A stretch of 32,000 nt of DNA from Thermoproteota archaeon (lineage in GTDB: Archaea > Thermoproteota > Methanomethylicia > Methanomethylicales > Methanomethylicaceae). The position numbers and the translations under genes are program-made. How positions within the stretch are numbered: the stretch's first letter is position 1; every line of letters starts with the position of its first letter. This document shows, piece after piece, positions 7,430 through 15,280 of the stretch. The notes beneath the pieces were generated by a model, which saw nothing but the letters and a program-made list of their open reading frames with translations, was not told the DNA's origin and did not search any database. The DNA is taken from NCBI GenBank assembly GCA_016882195.1, contig VGLU01000010.1, forward strand, positions 1 to 32,000, in the 5' to 3' direction.

Positions 7430-8068
7430 TTGATCATAACCAAGTCTAAGGTGCCCGAAAAGATCCTTGAGATGACGAAACCGTACAAGAGGATCTTCAT
7501 AGTCGGGTGCGGCACCTGTTCGACGGCGTGCCAGACCGGCGGGGAGGAGCAGGTCAAGGAGATGGCAGAGAGGCTCGGTGTGAAGGTCATCGGCAAGGCG
7601 GTCGTGGAGTCGCCCTGCGACCTGAGGTTGGTCAAGCGGGACCTGGGCGGTTCCAGGCAGCTTCTGGAGGAGGCTGATGCCTTGCTTATATTGAGCTGTG
7701 GGGCTGGTGCGCAGGCCTTGGCGGAGCACACGGGAAAGATCATTATCCCGGGATTGGACACCGTCTTTGTGGGAGAGATTGAGCGCATCGGTCGGTTTTA
7801 CGAGCGTTGCAGAGCATGCGCGGACTGCGTCATCTATGAGACAGGAGGGATATGCCCCGTCGTCAGGTGCTCCAAGGGCCTCCTGAACGGACCCTGCGGC
7901 GGCATGGCCAACGGGAAGTGTGAGGCCAGCGGGCACACGCGTGACTGTGCCTGGGTCCTCATATACAACGCATTGAAGAAGCAGGGTAGGCTCGACCTCT
8001 TCGCCAAGTTCAGACCCCCCATGGACAGGTCCAAGAAGGCCCAGCCGCAGGAAGTCGTGAATAGGTAG
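7430..8068 (+). CDS. metV: MetV-like protein (methylenetetrahydrofolate reductase C-terminal-domain / Zn- and FeS-cysteine-rich subunit)
   Basis: Cys-rich motifs: VGCGTCSTACQTGG, ILSCGAG and CRACADCVIYETGGICPVVRCSKGLLNGPCGG...GKCE...CAW. It lies immediately upstream of metF. I prefer the TTG at 7430 (GGAG 9 nt upstream, TATA-like CTATAAAT at ~7372) over the track start at 7349. Confidence 0.7.
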   Translation: MIITKSKVPEKILEMTKPYKRIFIVGCGTCSTACQTGGEEQVKEMAERLGVKVIGKAVVESPCDLRLVKRDLGGSRQLLEEADALLILSCGAGAQALAEHTGKIIIPGLDTVFVGEIERIGRFYERCRACADCVIYETGGICPVVRCSKGLLNGPCGGMANGKCEASGHTRDCAWVLIYNALKKQGRLDLFAKFRPPMDRSKKAQPQEVVNR

Positions 8069-8078
8069 GTGAATCGAG

Positions 8079-9005
8079 TTGCCTAGAGAGGCCTACAGCG
8101 AACTGATGAAGGCGATTGCTGCCGGAAAGTTTGTATTCACCGGAGAGATTCAGCCCAAGAAGGCGGCACATTTTGATGATGTGATCAGGGTTGCCAAGGT
8201 CCTCAAAGGGCATGTGGTGGCGTGCAACGTGACGGACAACCCGAGGGCACATGCGTACCTGAGTAGCCTATCGGCAGCCCATATCATACAAAGGGAGGTA
8301 GGAATGGAGGCGATCTGTCAGATGACCGTCAGAGACAGGAACCGATTGGCACTTCTCTCTGAGCTGCTTGGAGCGGCAGCCCTGGGAATCAGGAATGTTC
8401 TAACAATGAGCGGGGACCACACCTCCCTCAGCGATAACCCGGGTGCAATGCCAGTCTATGACCTTGATACGGCGCAGTTTGTGTATATGGTCAGGAGGAT
8501 GGTGGACGAGGGCGTTGATCTTGAGGGGAACAAGATAGAGGGGAAGGTAAAGTTGCACGTCGGCATAGTCGGCAACCCTAACGCGGATCCCCTCGAGGTG
8601 GAGTTACTCAAGATCGAGAGGAAGCTGAAGGTTGGTGCAGACTTCATGCAGACGCAGGTCGTCTTCGATGTTGAGAAGGCAAAGGGCTTTCTAAGAGGGG
8701 TGAGGGGTTACCCTGTTCCGATCCTGTTGGGGATCCTCCCCTGCAGGTCGTACGGCGTGGCGGAATTTATTGCCAAGAACGCCCCGGGCATGTCGGTGCC
8801 GGAGGACTTCATGGAAGAGCTGAGGAAGGCAGAAGAGGTTGAGGACAATTCACGGAGAAAAAGCAGGATAGAGGATGTTAACGTTAGATACTTTGCTGAT
8901 TTTATCAGAGAGGTTAAGAGGACGACCCACGCCTCCGGAATCCACATCATGGCGGTGGGATACGAGGGTGTGGTGAAGGCCTTGGTAGAGAGCGTCTCAA
9001 AATAA
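8079..9005 (+). CDS. metF: 5,10-methylenetetrahydrofolate reductase (MetF-type)
   Basis: 308 aa with an MTHFR-like TIM-barrel pattern (FVFTGEIQPKK..., VACNVTDNPRA, LTMSGDH, FMQTQVVFD). AGGTGA lies 6 nt upstream of the TTG start. It is 10 nt downstream of metV. Confidence 0.8.
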   Translation: MPREAYSELMKAIAAGKFVFTGEIQPKKAAHFDDVIRVAKVLKGHVVACNVTDNPRAHAYLSSLSAAHIIQREVGMEAICQMTVRDRNRLALLSELLGAAALGIRNVLTMSGDHTSLSDNPGAMPVYDLDTAQFVYMVRRMVDEGVDLEGNKIEGKVKLHVGIVGNPNADPLEVELLKIERKLKVGADFMQTQVVFDVEKAKGFLRGVRGYPVPILLGILPCRSYGVAEFIAKNAPGMSVPEDFMEELRKAEEVEDNSRRKSRIEDVNVRYFADFIREVKRTTHASGIHIMAVGYEGVVKALVESVSK

Positions 9006-9079
9006 AGCACGAACCATCAGATGCGCATGCTTTGTATATAACCGTATAGCTGCAGAACGGTCCGTTGCCGTGGGGTAGC

Positions 9080-10174
9080 TTATTCAGGGCCTTTCGGAAT
9101 AAAGCCCATCCTCTTTACCGCGAACCATGCGGAGAAGGTGGCCAGTACCGTCGATATTATGAGTAGTGGGAGGTACCATATTATGTCGAGCTGGGTGAAG
9201 CCGAACATTCCGCTGCTCACGATGGTGGCGATGGTGTTGGGCACGAGCAGCGCGGTTCCGATGATCGTCAGGTAGGCGACGGTGAAGGCGAGCCGGTTAT
9301 TCAGTATCTGGAGCTGGTTGTTGTATATGGCCTGGAGGGCCTCAAGCCCGCTTGCCAACACCTCGCTCATGTGCTCGGCGAGGCCTATCTGCGAGTGTAC
9401 CTCGCCGACCAGACCGGTCAGCTTGTTCAGTAGCCTGGCGTCGTCGGAGATCAGATCGGCATCCCCATAGAGGAGGGAGTTAAGGGCATCGACGGTAGCC
9501 CAGAGCCCGCCAAGGTAGACTATCAGCGCGTGCTTCATCTGGTGGATCTTTGGGCCCAGTATGTTGCGCGGCGTCTTCGGGTCGGCGAGCTCCTCGCTCA
9601 TCTTGTCGCCGTGCGCCTCAATCTCTTGGAGGTGGTCGAAGTTTCGCGCGTTGTTCTCGTCGATTATGCGGGTCAGCATCATGGTGATTCTGTCCCTCCG
9701 GGACATCTCAGGCGGAAACCTTCGCATTAGTGTCTCGGCGTACCTCCGAATCCGTGAGAACCTCTTTACCTCTGTGTGGTGTATGGTTACGATAACGTTT
9801 TCCCTGAGGAGTATGATGAGCGGGGCGAGCTTTACGTCAAAACCCTTCACCAATATGGCAGGGAGCAGAATGCCCATCTCATTTCCGAAGTCCTCGTAGC
9901 CGCTCCTCAGGTCCTTCAATAAATGCTTGATAAGCACATCGCTAAAGCCGAGGGTCGTCGCCACCCTCGGCGCCTCGTTCTCGAGATCCTCAGTAATGTA
10001 ATCGATCCATGCAATGGAGGCGTCGCTCACCAGTTGGCAGAAGTCACCAATATCGTGCGATTCTCTATGGCGGGTCTCACCGTTCTGTAGGGCGGCGCAG
10101 TAGCCCTTCGCCTCGAGGACTAGCCCGTTATTTCGGTGATTCACCGAGCTGTTGTTTCTGGTGGCCCCTGCCAT
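9080..10174 (-). CDS. CorA-family divalent cation transporter-like protein with a non-canonical GMF signature
   Basis: 364 aa with a soluble N-terminal domain and two C-terminal TM helices. The loop motif is SSGMFGF (GMF codons at 9203-9211) where CorA/Mrs2 proteins carry YGMNF. Confidence 0.7.
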   Translation of the reverse strand: MAGATRNNSSVNHRNNGLVLEAKGYCAALQNGETRHRESHDIGDFCQLVSDASIAWIDYITEDLENEAPRVATTLGFSDVLIKHLLKDLRSGYEDFGNEMGILLPAILVKGFDVKLAPLIILLRENVIVTIHHTEVKRFSRIRRYAETLMRRFPPEMSRRDRITMMLTRIIDENNARNFDHLQEIEAHGDKMSEELADPKTPRNILGPKIHQMKHALIVYLGGLWATVDALNSLLYGDADLISDDARLLNKLTGLVGEVHSQIGLAEHMSEVLASGLEALQAIYNNQLQILNNRLAFTVAYLTIIGTALLVPNTIATIVSSGMFGFTQLDIIWYLPLLIISTVLATFSAWFAVKRMGFIPKGPE

Positions 10175-10343
10175 AAAACACCGATGAACAACTGGTGAGA
10201 TAAAAGGCTTTTAATGAGTTTGACAGCATATATGATTGTTTACGGTGAGGGTAGAGAGTAACAAGGTCAAGTCCTGTGGAGCACGCTCTTTTTTAGGAGG
10301 GAGGGCAGAGAGGATGAAGCAAACGCGCTTGTGGTGGAGAAGA

Positions 10344-11282
10344 ATGAAGTTTGATCCAGAGGGTTTCATAAACGAGAAGATCAGCTGGCTAAAGAAGGAG
10401 ATTGGGAACGAGATCGCCTTCGCCGCCACCTCCGGAGGAGTGGACAGCACCGTCTGTGCTGTGCTGGCGCACAGGGCCGTGGGCAAGAGGGTGATCGTGG
10501 GATTTCTTGACGACGGGTTGATGAGGGAGGGGGAGCCCGATGAGGTCGTGGGGCGATTGGGGAGGATGGGGCTCAACGCGAAGCTCTACTGTGTTGCGGA
10601 TCCTTTCTTCGAGGCGCTCAAGGGGCTGACCGACCCGGAGGAGAAGAGGAAGGCCTTTCGTGAGACGTTCCACCGGACGCTCTCCCACTTAGCCAAGGAG
10701 GAGGGGGCCAGGTTCCTCGTGCAGGGGACCATAGCTGCCGACGTGGTGGAGACCAAACGGGGGGTGAAGAGCCAGCACAATGTCCTAGACCAGATCGGCA
10801 TATCCCCGTTCAGGGAGTACGGCTTCAGGGTGCTCGAGCCCCTGGTTGACCTTTACAAGCCGGAGGTTAGGGAGGTAGGGAAGAGGTTAGGCTTACCAAG
10901 GGAGGTGTTCCAGAGGAGACCATTTCCGGGTCCTGCACTTTCGGTTCGCGTCCTTGGCGAGGTCACACCTGCCAAGGTAAGCACGGTCAGGAAGGCGACG
11001 AAGATCGTGGAGGAGGAGACCGCGGATCTAAAATGCTTCCAAGCCTTTGCGGTGTTGATGAACGACATGGCAACGGGCGTCGAGGGTGGAAGGAGGAAGT
11101 TCGGCGAGATTGTAGTGGTCAGAGCAGTGGACTCGAAGGATGCCATGACCGCGACGGTGACGAGGATGCCGTGGGAGAGGCTTGAGAAGATCCGGAATAG
11201 GATACTGGAGGATATTCCATCGGTCGTTAAGGTCCTTTACGACATAACTCCAAAGCCACCGAGCACAATCGAGTACATATGA
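10344..11282 (+). CDS. guaAB: GMP synthase [glutamine-hydrolysing] subunit B (ATP-pyrophosphatase subunit)
   Basis: PP-loop ATSGGVDSTV, GVTDPEEKRK-like LTDPEEKRK, QGTIAAD, C-terminal YDITPKPPSTIEY. ATG at 10344 has GGAG 5 nt upstream. The track start at 10236 adds a non-homologous extension. Confidence 0.9.
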   Translation: MKFDPEGFINEKISWLKKEIGNEIAFAATSGGVDSTVCAVLAHRAVGKRVIVGFLDDGLMREGEPDEVVGRLGRMGLNAKLYCVADPFFEALKGLTDPEEKRKAFRETFHRTLSHLAKEEGARFLVQGTIAADVVETKRGVKSQHNVLDQIGISPFREYGFRVLEPLVDLYKPEVREVGKRLGLPREVFQRRPFPGPALSVRVLGEVTPAKVSTVRKATKIVEEETADLKCFQAFAVLMNDMATGVEGGRRKFGEIVVVRAVDSKDAMTATVTRMPWERLEKIRNRILEDIPSVVKVLYDITPKPPSTIEYI

Positions 11283-11339
11283 GGGCAGATCAGGACATAG
11301 GGAGGTGGCACACACAGAGATTTGAGCGCGATAAGAGTT

Positions 11340-13226
11340 TTATTTTTCCAACAACTTATCAGGGGTTATATAATCGCCGTATTTTTCCCGGCATTCTAAA
11401 AAACGTTTCTTCTGCGCTTCCAAAATCTCAAAGAGAATCTTCGGCGTGCCTTTTACCTTGGTCTTGTAAATATTTTCAATCCGTTTGATCTTTGCCAGAT
11501 TCTCAGGGATCCTGACCATGAACTGCTTGTTGTAATCTTCTTTTCTGTAGTCTTTCCTCAAGACCTCTTTGAAGAGCCTTTTCAGGTCTTTATACTTGGG
11601 AATACGACCAGTCGGTGTATCGATCGCCCCAACCTCTTTATGAACCCGTAGTTCCATCCACTTGTACCAGACCCGTTTGTCGGTCTTCTCGTTCAGGAAT
11701 TTGCCGTCTTTGTCCTTCAGAAAATAGTTGACGGAAAATATTAGTGGCGGGTATTTGAGGTCTCTGGCAAAATCGACGTTAATCTGGATGTACTTGGCAA
11801 CCGGAATGGAGAGGAAGTCGAGGTTGGACATTGGGCTGAACTCTCGGATGCCTTCCCTTCCCAGCGTTGCCGCGGTGGTTTCGGATTCTAATGATGCACC
11901 CTTGGTTATTATTCCGTGAGCCCAATCGAAGGACTCCTCGACCGGGACCCAGGTATCAGAATCCCTACCACCATAAACAATACCGCCTACGACCACGCCC
12001 TCGAGAACATTCCACCAGTGGTCGAGATTATCAAACATCCTCAGGTCAATGGCGAACCGAGCGTTGGGATGAGTGCAGGGGATCTCTTGCCCCTCTTTAT
12101 CCCTCTTGCCGATATACCACCCGCCTGAATGGTTTTCTCCCTTGGGAGGCACCTCACCATCCTTACCGATCCAGTGGACGTGTTTATCAGGTGTGACCAA
12201 CACGTTCGAGAAGATGATCTCGCCCGGGCTATGCAGTGCCTTCCACTGACTTGGATCGTCCTTAGAATTTACACCCTGAATGATCCCAAACATCCCTTTT
12301 TCCACATTGACCGCTCTAACTTTTCCATTCCTTTTTCTGAGATACGCAATATCATCGCCAACAATCGTCTCGCCCTCAAGCATCGCGGTTGAGGTCTTGC
12401 CAGAGAGGGAGGGGAATGCGCCGGTAAAATATGTAACCCGACCTTTTGGTCCATGCACGCCCATAATGAGCATATGCTCGGTAAGCCACCCCTCTCTCGA
12501 ACCGCGATTTATTGCCAGACGCATGGCCAATTTCTTGAGACCAATCGTATTGCCGCCGTATTGGGTGTTTGCACTATAAACAGTATCTTCCTCAAGGTCA
12601 ATGAATATGCGCCGTTTATCAAGGTTTTTGCAGGTCCTCTGCTCACCCAATTCGCCTTGGGAGTGGACGAATTTGAAGAGGCGTGCCTTGGGTCCCTGGA
12701 CCACGAATTCTTCATAGCCGGGACGGTAGAGGATCGCCTCGCTGTGGGCCACATAACTCGAATCGGTGATCTGAACGGCGGGTATGGAAAATTCAGAGTT
12801 GGTGGGACCTAGGCAGAAGAAGCAGATGTACATCTCCTTGCCCTTCATGATATCTTTTAGAATCTCGTGGATGTCCTTTAACGCAGTATCACGGTCTTTG
12901 GTCTCAATTGCCTCATCAAGTTCGACCCCTTTAGGGACAAGAATTCCGGTATTCTTCTTATCCCGACCCTGGTCATAATAATTATCAAAGTGGATTGTAT
13001 GCCCCTCAGTCGCAAGCCTTCGTTCCTCACCGTTCCTTATGGCCGCTTCCCTGATGTACTGAATCTCGTCTGGTTTACCGGCGCAGACAAAGACTTGATC
13101 TGGATTGCATAATCCAACATATTTAGCAATAAATTGGTGGAGATTGGGATTGTTGATCTTCATCAGTTTGTTAAAACCTTCTTCGCTAATCCTTTGCTCC
13201 AACTTTTTGGTATTATAATCAGCCAT
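11340..13226 (-). CDS. pckG: Phosphoenolpyruvate carboxykinase (GTP)
   Basis: 628 aa. The kinase-1a region is FPSLSGKTSTAML, and the overall length and order match GTP-dependent PEPCK. AAGGAG lies 8 nt upstream of the ATG. The gene is noticeably more AT-rich than its neighbours. Confidence 0.88.
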   Translation of the reverse strand: MADYNTKKLEQRISEEGFNKLMKINNPNLHQFIAKYVGLCNPDQVFVCAGKPDEIQYIREAAIRNGEERRLATEGHTIHFDNYYDQGRDKKNTGILVPKGVELDEAIETKDRDTALKDIHEILKDIMKGKEMYICFFCLGPTNSEFSIPAVQITDSSYVAHSEAILYRPGYEEFVVQGPKARLFKFVHSQGELGEQRTCKNLDKRRIFIDLEEDTVYSANTQYGGNTIGLKKLAMRLAINRGSREGWLTEHMLIMGVHGPKGRVTYFTGAFPSLSGKTSTAMLEGETIVGDDIAYLRKRNGKVRAVNVEKGMFGIIQGVNSKDDPSQWKALHSPGEIIFSNVLVTPDKHVHWIGKDGEVPPKGENHSGGWYIGKRDKEGQEIPCTHPNARFAIDLRMFDNLDHWWNVLEGVVVGGIVYGGRDSDTWVPVEESFDWAHGIITKGASLESETTAATLGREGIREFSPMSNLDFLSIPVAKYIQINVDFARDLKYPPLIFSVNYFLKDKDGKFLNEKTDKRVWYKWMELRVHKEVGAIDTPTGRIPKYKDLKRLFKEVLRKDYRKEDYNKQFMVRIPENLAKIKRIENIYKTKVKGTPKILFEILEAQKKRFLECREKYGDYITPDKLLEK

Positions 13227-13430
13227 GCCTTATGCTCCTTGTTAAAGGGTTAGTTAATCCTTATACTGCCTCGAAACCCCTATCGTTAATCGTCATACGT
13301 CCTTTTTAATTATTCCTTCTTTGCCCATCTCTGCCCTTTTCCCAAAGCGCCACCAGCTCGACATGACCCAAATTACATAACTCGAGGCCTTCTTGGTGAA
13401 GCTTCTTTGACGCATACGAAGAAGGTTCGA

Positions 13431-13523
13431 TGGTGGGCCCGTCCGGACTCGAACCGGAGACCTTCGCCGTGTGAGGGCGATCTTAGGCTCAATGGTGTCC
13501 TAACCAGACTAGACTACGGGCCC
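13431..13523 (-). tRNA. tRNA-Val(CAC) candidate with a ~15 nt intron between the D-arm and anticodon stem (non-canonical position); CCA encoded
   Basis: Reverse complement: GGGCCCG-TA-GTCTAGTCTGGTTAGGAC-A-[CCATTGAGCCTAAGA]-TCGCC-CTCACAC-GGCGA-AGGTC-TCCGG-TTCGAGT-CCGGA-CGGGCCC-A-CCA. It is 90 nt without CCA. All stems pair only if the 15 nt are removed. Confidence 0.7.
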
Positions 13524-13573
13524 TACGGTAATCAAATATAAATTAACAGAAAAACCTTCCTATTCTGCTAACC

Positions 13574-13735
13574 CTAACGCTTGAGCTCGCGCCTCTTGGC
13601 TCGGAGTTCCTTGCTTCTGCACCTTCGGCACTTCTCGGCGGCCATCGGGTTCCTCGCACCGCAACGCCTGCAGATCTTGAGGTAAAGCAGGTGCTTCTGC
13701 ACCATTTGGAGCTTGTCTGCATCTTGGACGGGCAC
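13574..13735 (-). CDS. rpl40e: 50S ribosomal protein L40e
   Basis: ...DADKLQMVQKHLLYLKICRRCGARNPMAAEKCRRCRSKELRAKRRELKR has the zinc-ribbon CxxC...CxxC and the typical basic tail. A GTG start at 13735 matches L40e N-termini. The track ATG at 13756 adds 7 residues. Confidence 0.85.
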   Translation of the reverse strand: MPVQDADKLQMVQKHLLYLKICRRCGARNPMAAEKCRRCRSKELRAKRRELKR

Positions 13736-13815
13736 GGTAATGCACCAGATTTTCATTCATACACGGGGAGCCCTATTATAAATTTTTCCTTTACTGCGCT
13801 CCCGGAGCCTCCTCA

Positions 13816-14289
13816 TCACTTTATTATGGAGATAACGACGTGCGATGACGTGGAGGACACGCCTTCAATTCCGGATACAGACTCGAGGAAGGAGTCGAGC
13901 TGCGCCTGGGGCACCACGGCAACAAGATCGATCTCCCCCGTCACCCTGAAGAGCTTTGAGGAGGGGAGCTTTCTTACCTTCTCGTAGACATGCTCCCTCT
14001 GCGGCGGCTGTATCTTCAGGAATACGAATGCCTCTGAGGTCCCGACGCCGAGCGTCTGAAGGGCCCTCTCGGTAAGGTCGATGAAGCCCCTGCCGGTTCT
14101 TATCAGGCTCTCCTCCCTAAGACGCCGCAGGTGTATGTTCAGCGCCTGCCGTGTTAGGCTCAGCTCCCTGGCGAGCTCCCCCTGAGTCTTCTTCACCGTG
14201 AAGACGTTGGTGCTGTTGCTGATCTTGTAGAGCATCCTCAGGATCTGGATCTGCCTGTCGGTTAACGGTGGGTGATCGATCATTGCCAA
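13816..14289 (-). CDS. Lrp/AsnC-like transcriptional regulator (HTH + RAM-type domain)
   Basis: 157 aa. The HTH is TQGELARELSLTRQALNIHLRRLREESLI. The C-terminal beta-alpha-beta ligand domain is FVFLKIQP...LFRVTGEIDLVAVV. Confidence 0.7.
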   Translation of the reverse strand: MAMIDHPPLTDRQIQILRMLYKISNSTNVFTVKKTQGELARELSLTRQALNIHLRRLREESLIRTGRGFIDLTERALQTLGVGTSEAFVFLKIQPPQREHVYEKVRKLPSSKLFRVTGEIDLVAVVPQAQLDSFLESVSGIEGVSSTSSHVVISIIK

Positions 14290-14415
14290 ATTAATCCCCT
14301 TGTTTTACTTTTGTAAAGTTTTATTTAATAAGTTTTAGCCCAGAATTACCAAAATATATTTATCCGAGAGTTCGGTTAAGTCGTTAAGTCCTTTTAGTTT
14401 CTGGGAGGGCCCGAA

Positions 14416-14697
14416 TTGTTACAGGAAACCGCAATACTGGTCGGAAAAAAGCCTCCAATGAACTATGTCTTGGCGTGCCTGACCGCATTCCATGAGGGAG
14501 CAGGCGAGGTCGTCATAAAGGCCCGCGGTCAGTCCATAAGCAAGGCGGTGGACATTGCGGAGATCGTGAGGAACAAGTTTATGCGAAATGCCATCATAAA
14601 GGAGGTAAGCATAGGAACCGAGGAGGTCCCGCTGAGGGAGGGCGGAGGGACCAAGAGGGCGAGTTCGATAATGATAAGGCTGAGCAAGAGTAAATGA
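14416..14697 (+). CDS. albA: DNA/RNA-binding protein Alba
   Basis: 93 aa. ILVGKKPPMNYVLACLTAFHEGAGEVVIKARGQSISKAVDIAEIVRNKF is the canonical Alba signature. GGGAGGG lies 6 nt upstream of the TTG start. Confidence 0.9.
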   Translation: MLQETAILVGKKPPMNYVLACLTAFHEGAGEVVIKARGQSISKAVDIAEIVRNKFMRNAIIKEVSIGTEEVPLREGGGTKRASSIMIRLSKSK

Positions 14698-14707
14698 GGC
14701 GTGATGT

Positions 14708-15211
14708 TTGAAGACCCCCATCTGCTTCTTTTGCGCGAAGAGCGGCGTCCTCTGCCCGAGGTGCCAAGAGAAGCTGGACAAGGGAGAGGTGACCGAGGCG
14801 GATGTGGAGGTCTCGAAGTGGTTTATAGACTATGAGGCAAAGAACCCGCAGCTGAGGGAATACGTCATACACAGGACGGTCAAGGTCCCTAAGATGATGA
14901 TCATAATGGTCAGCGGCGGGGGCGGGGCTGACAGGGCTCTCCTGAGCAAGTTGAGCAGGCAGCTGAGCGACGAGAAGAGGACGAACGTAAGGATCGTGGA
15001 AAAGACGTCCAGCATCAAGAGGCTCCTCGAGCAGATCGTCACCCCTGCCAGGGTGATGGGGGCGAATACGGTCTGGCTGCCGGACGGTAGCTGGGAGAGC
15101 ACCATAAGGATGCCCCGGAGCGACCTGAGGAAAATGCCGCTAGACCCGAAGTCGGCTGAAGAGGCGATAAAGATGCTCGCCGGCGAGGTAGTCCACATAG
15201 TCTTCGAATGA
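14708..15211 (+). CDS. Zinc-ribbon protein with a C-terminal KH/NusA-like region (predicted RNA-binding, function uncertain)
   Basis: 167 aa. The N-terminal motif is CFFC...CPRC. The C-terminal region (IVEKTSSIKRLLEQIVTPARVMGANTVWLPDG...) resembles KH-type modules. It lies 10 nt after alba. Confidence 0.45.
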   Translation: MKTPICFFCAKSGVLCPRCQEKLDKGEVTEADVEVSKWFIDYEAKNPQLREYVIHRTVKVPKMMIIMVSGGGGADRALLSKLSRQLSDEKRTNVRIVEKTSSIKRLLEQIVTPARVMGANTVWLPDGSWESTIRMPRSDLRKMPLDPKSAEEAIKMLAGEVVHIVFE

Positions 15212-15280
15212 GCGTTCCCGTTAAGACATTGAGATAAGCTTTTTAGAGTTGAGAAATTATCTCATTCTGAGGCATACGAC

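Noticed and set aside
10236-10343. Upstream extension of the GMP synthase subunit B ORF
   Set aside because: Homology to GuaA-B starts at MKFDPEGF (ATG 10344), which has a GGAG SD. The extension has no conserved character.
13290-13415. 40-aa highly basic ORF (MRQRSFTKKASSYVIW...) between tRNA-Val and pckG on the minus strand
   Set aside because: It has no SD and no motif, and it lies in a probable promoter/leader region of pckG. It cannot be supported from sequence alone.
13535-13545. TATA-like TTTATATT upstream of tRNA-Val
   Set aside because: It is only ~12-20 nt from the mature 5' end, too close for a standard archaeal TATA (about -26). The tRNA is more likely transcribed from further upstream, possibly together with rpl40e.
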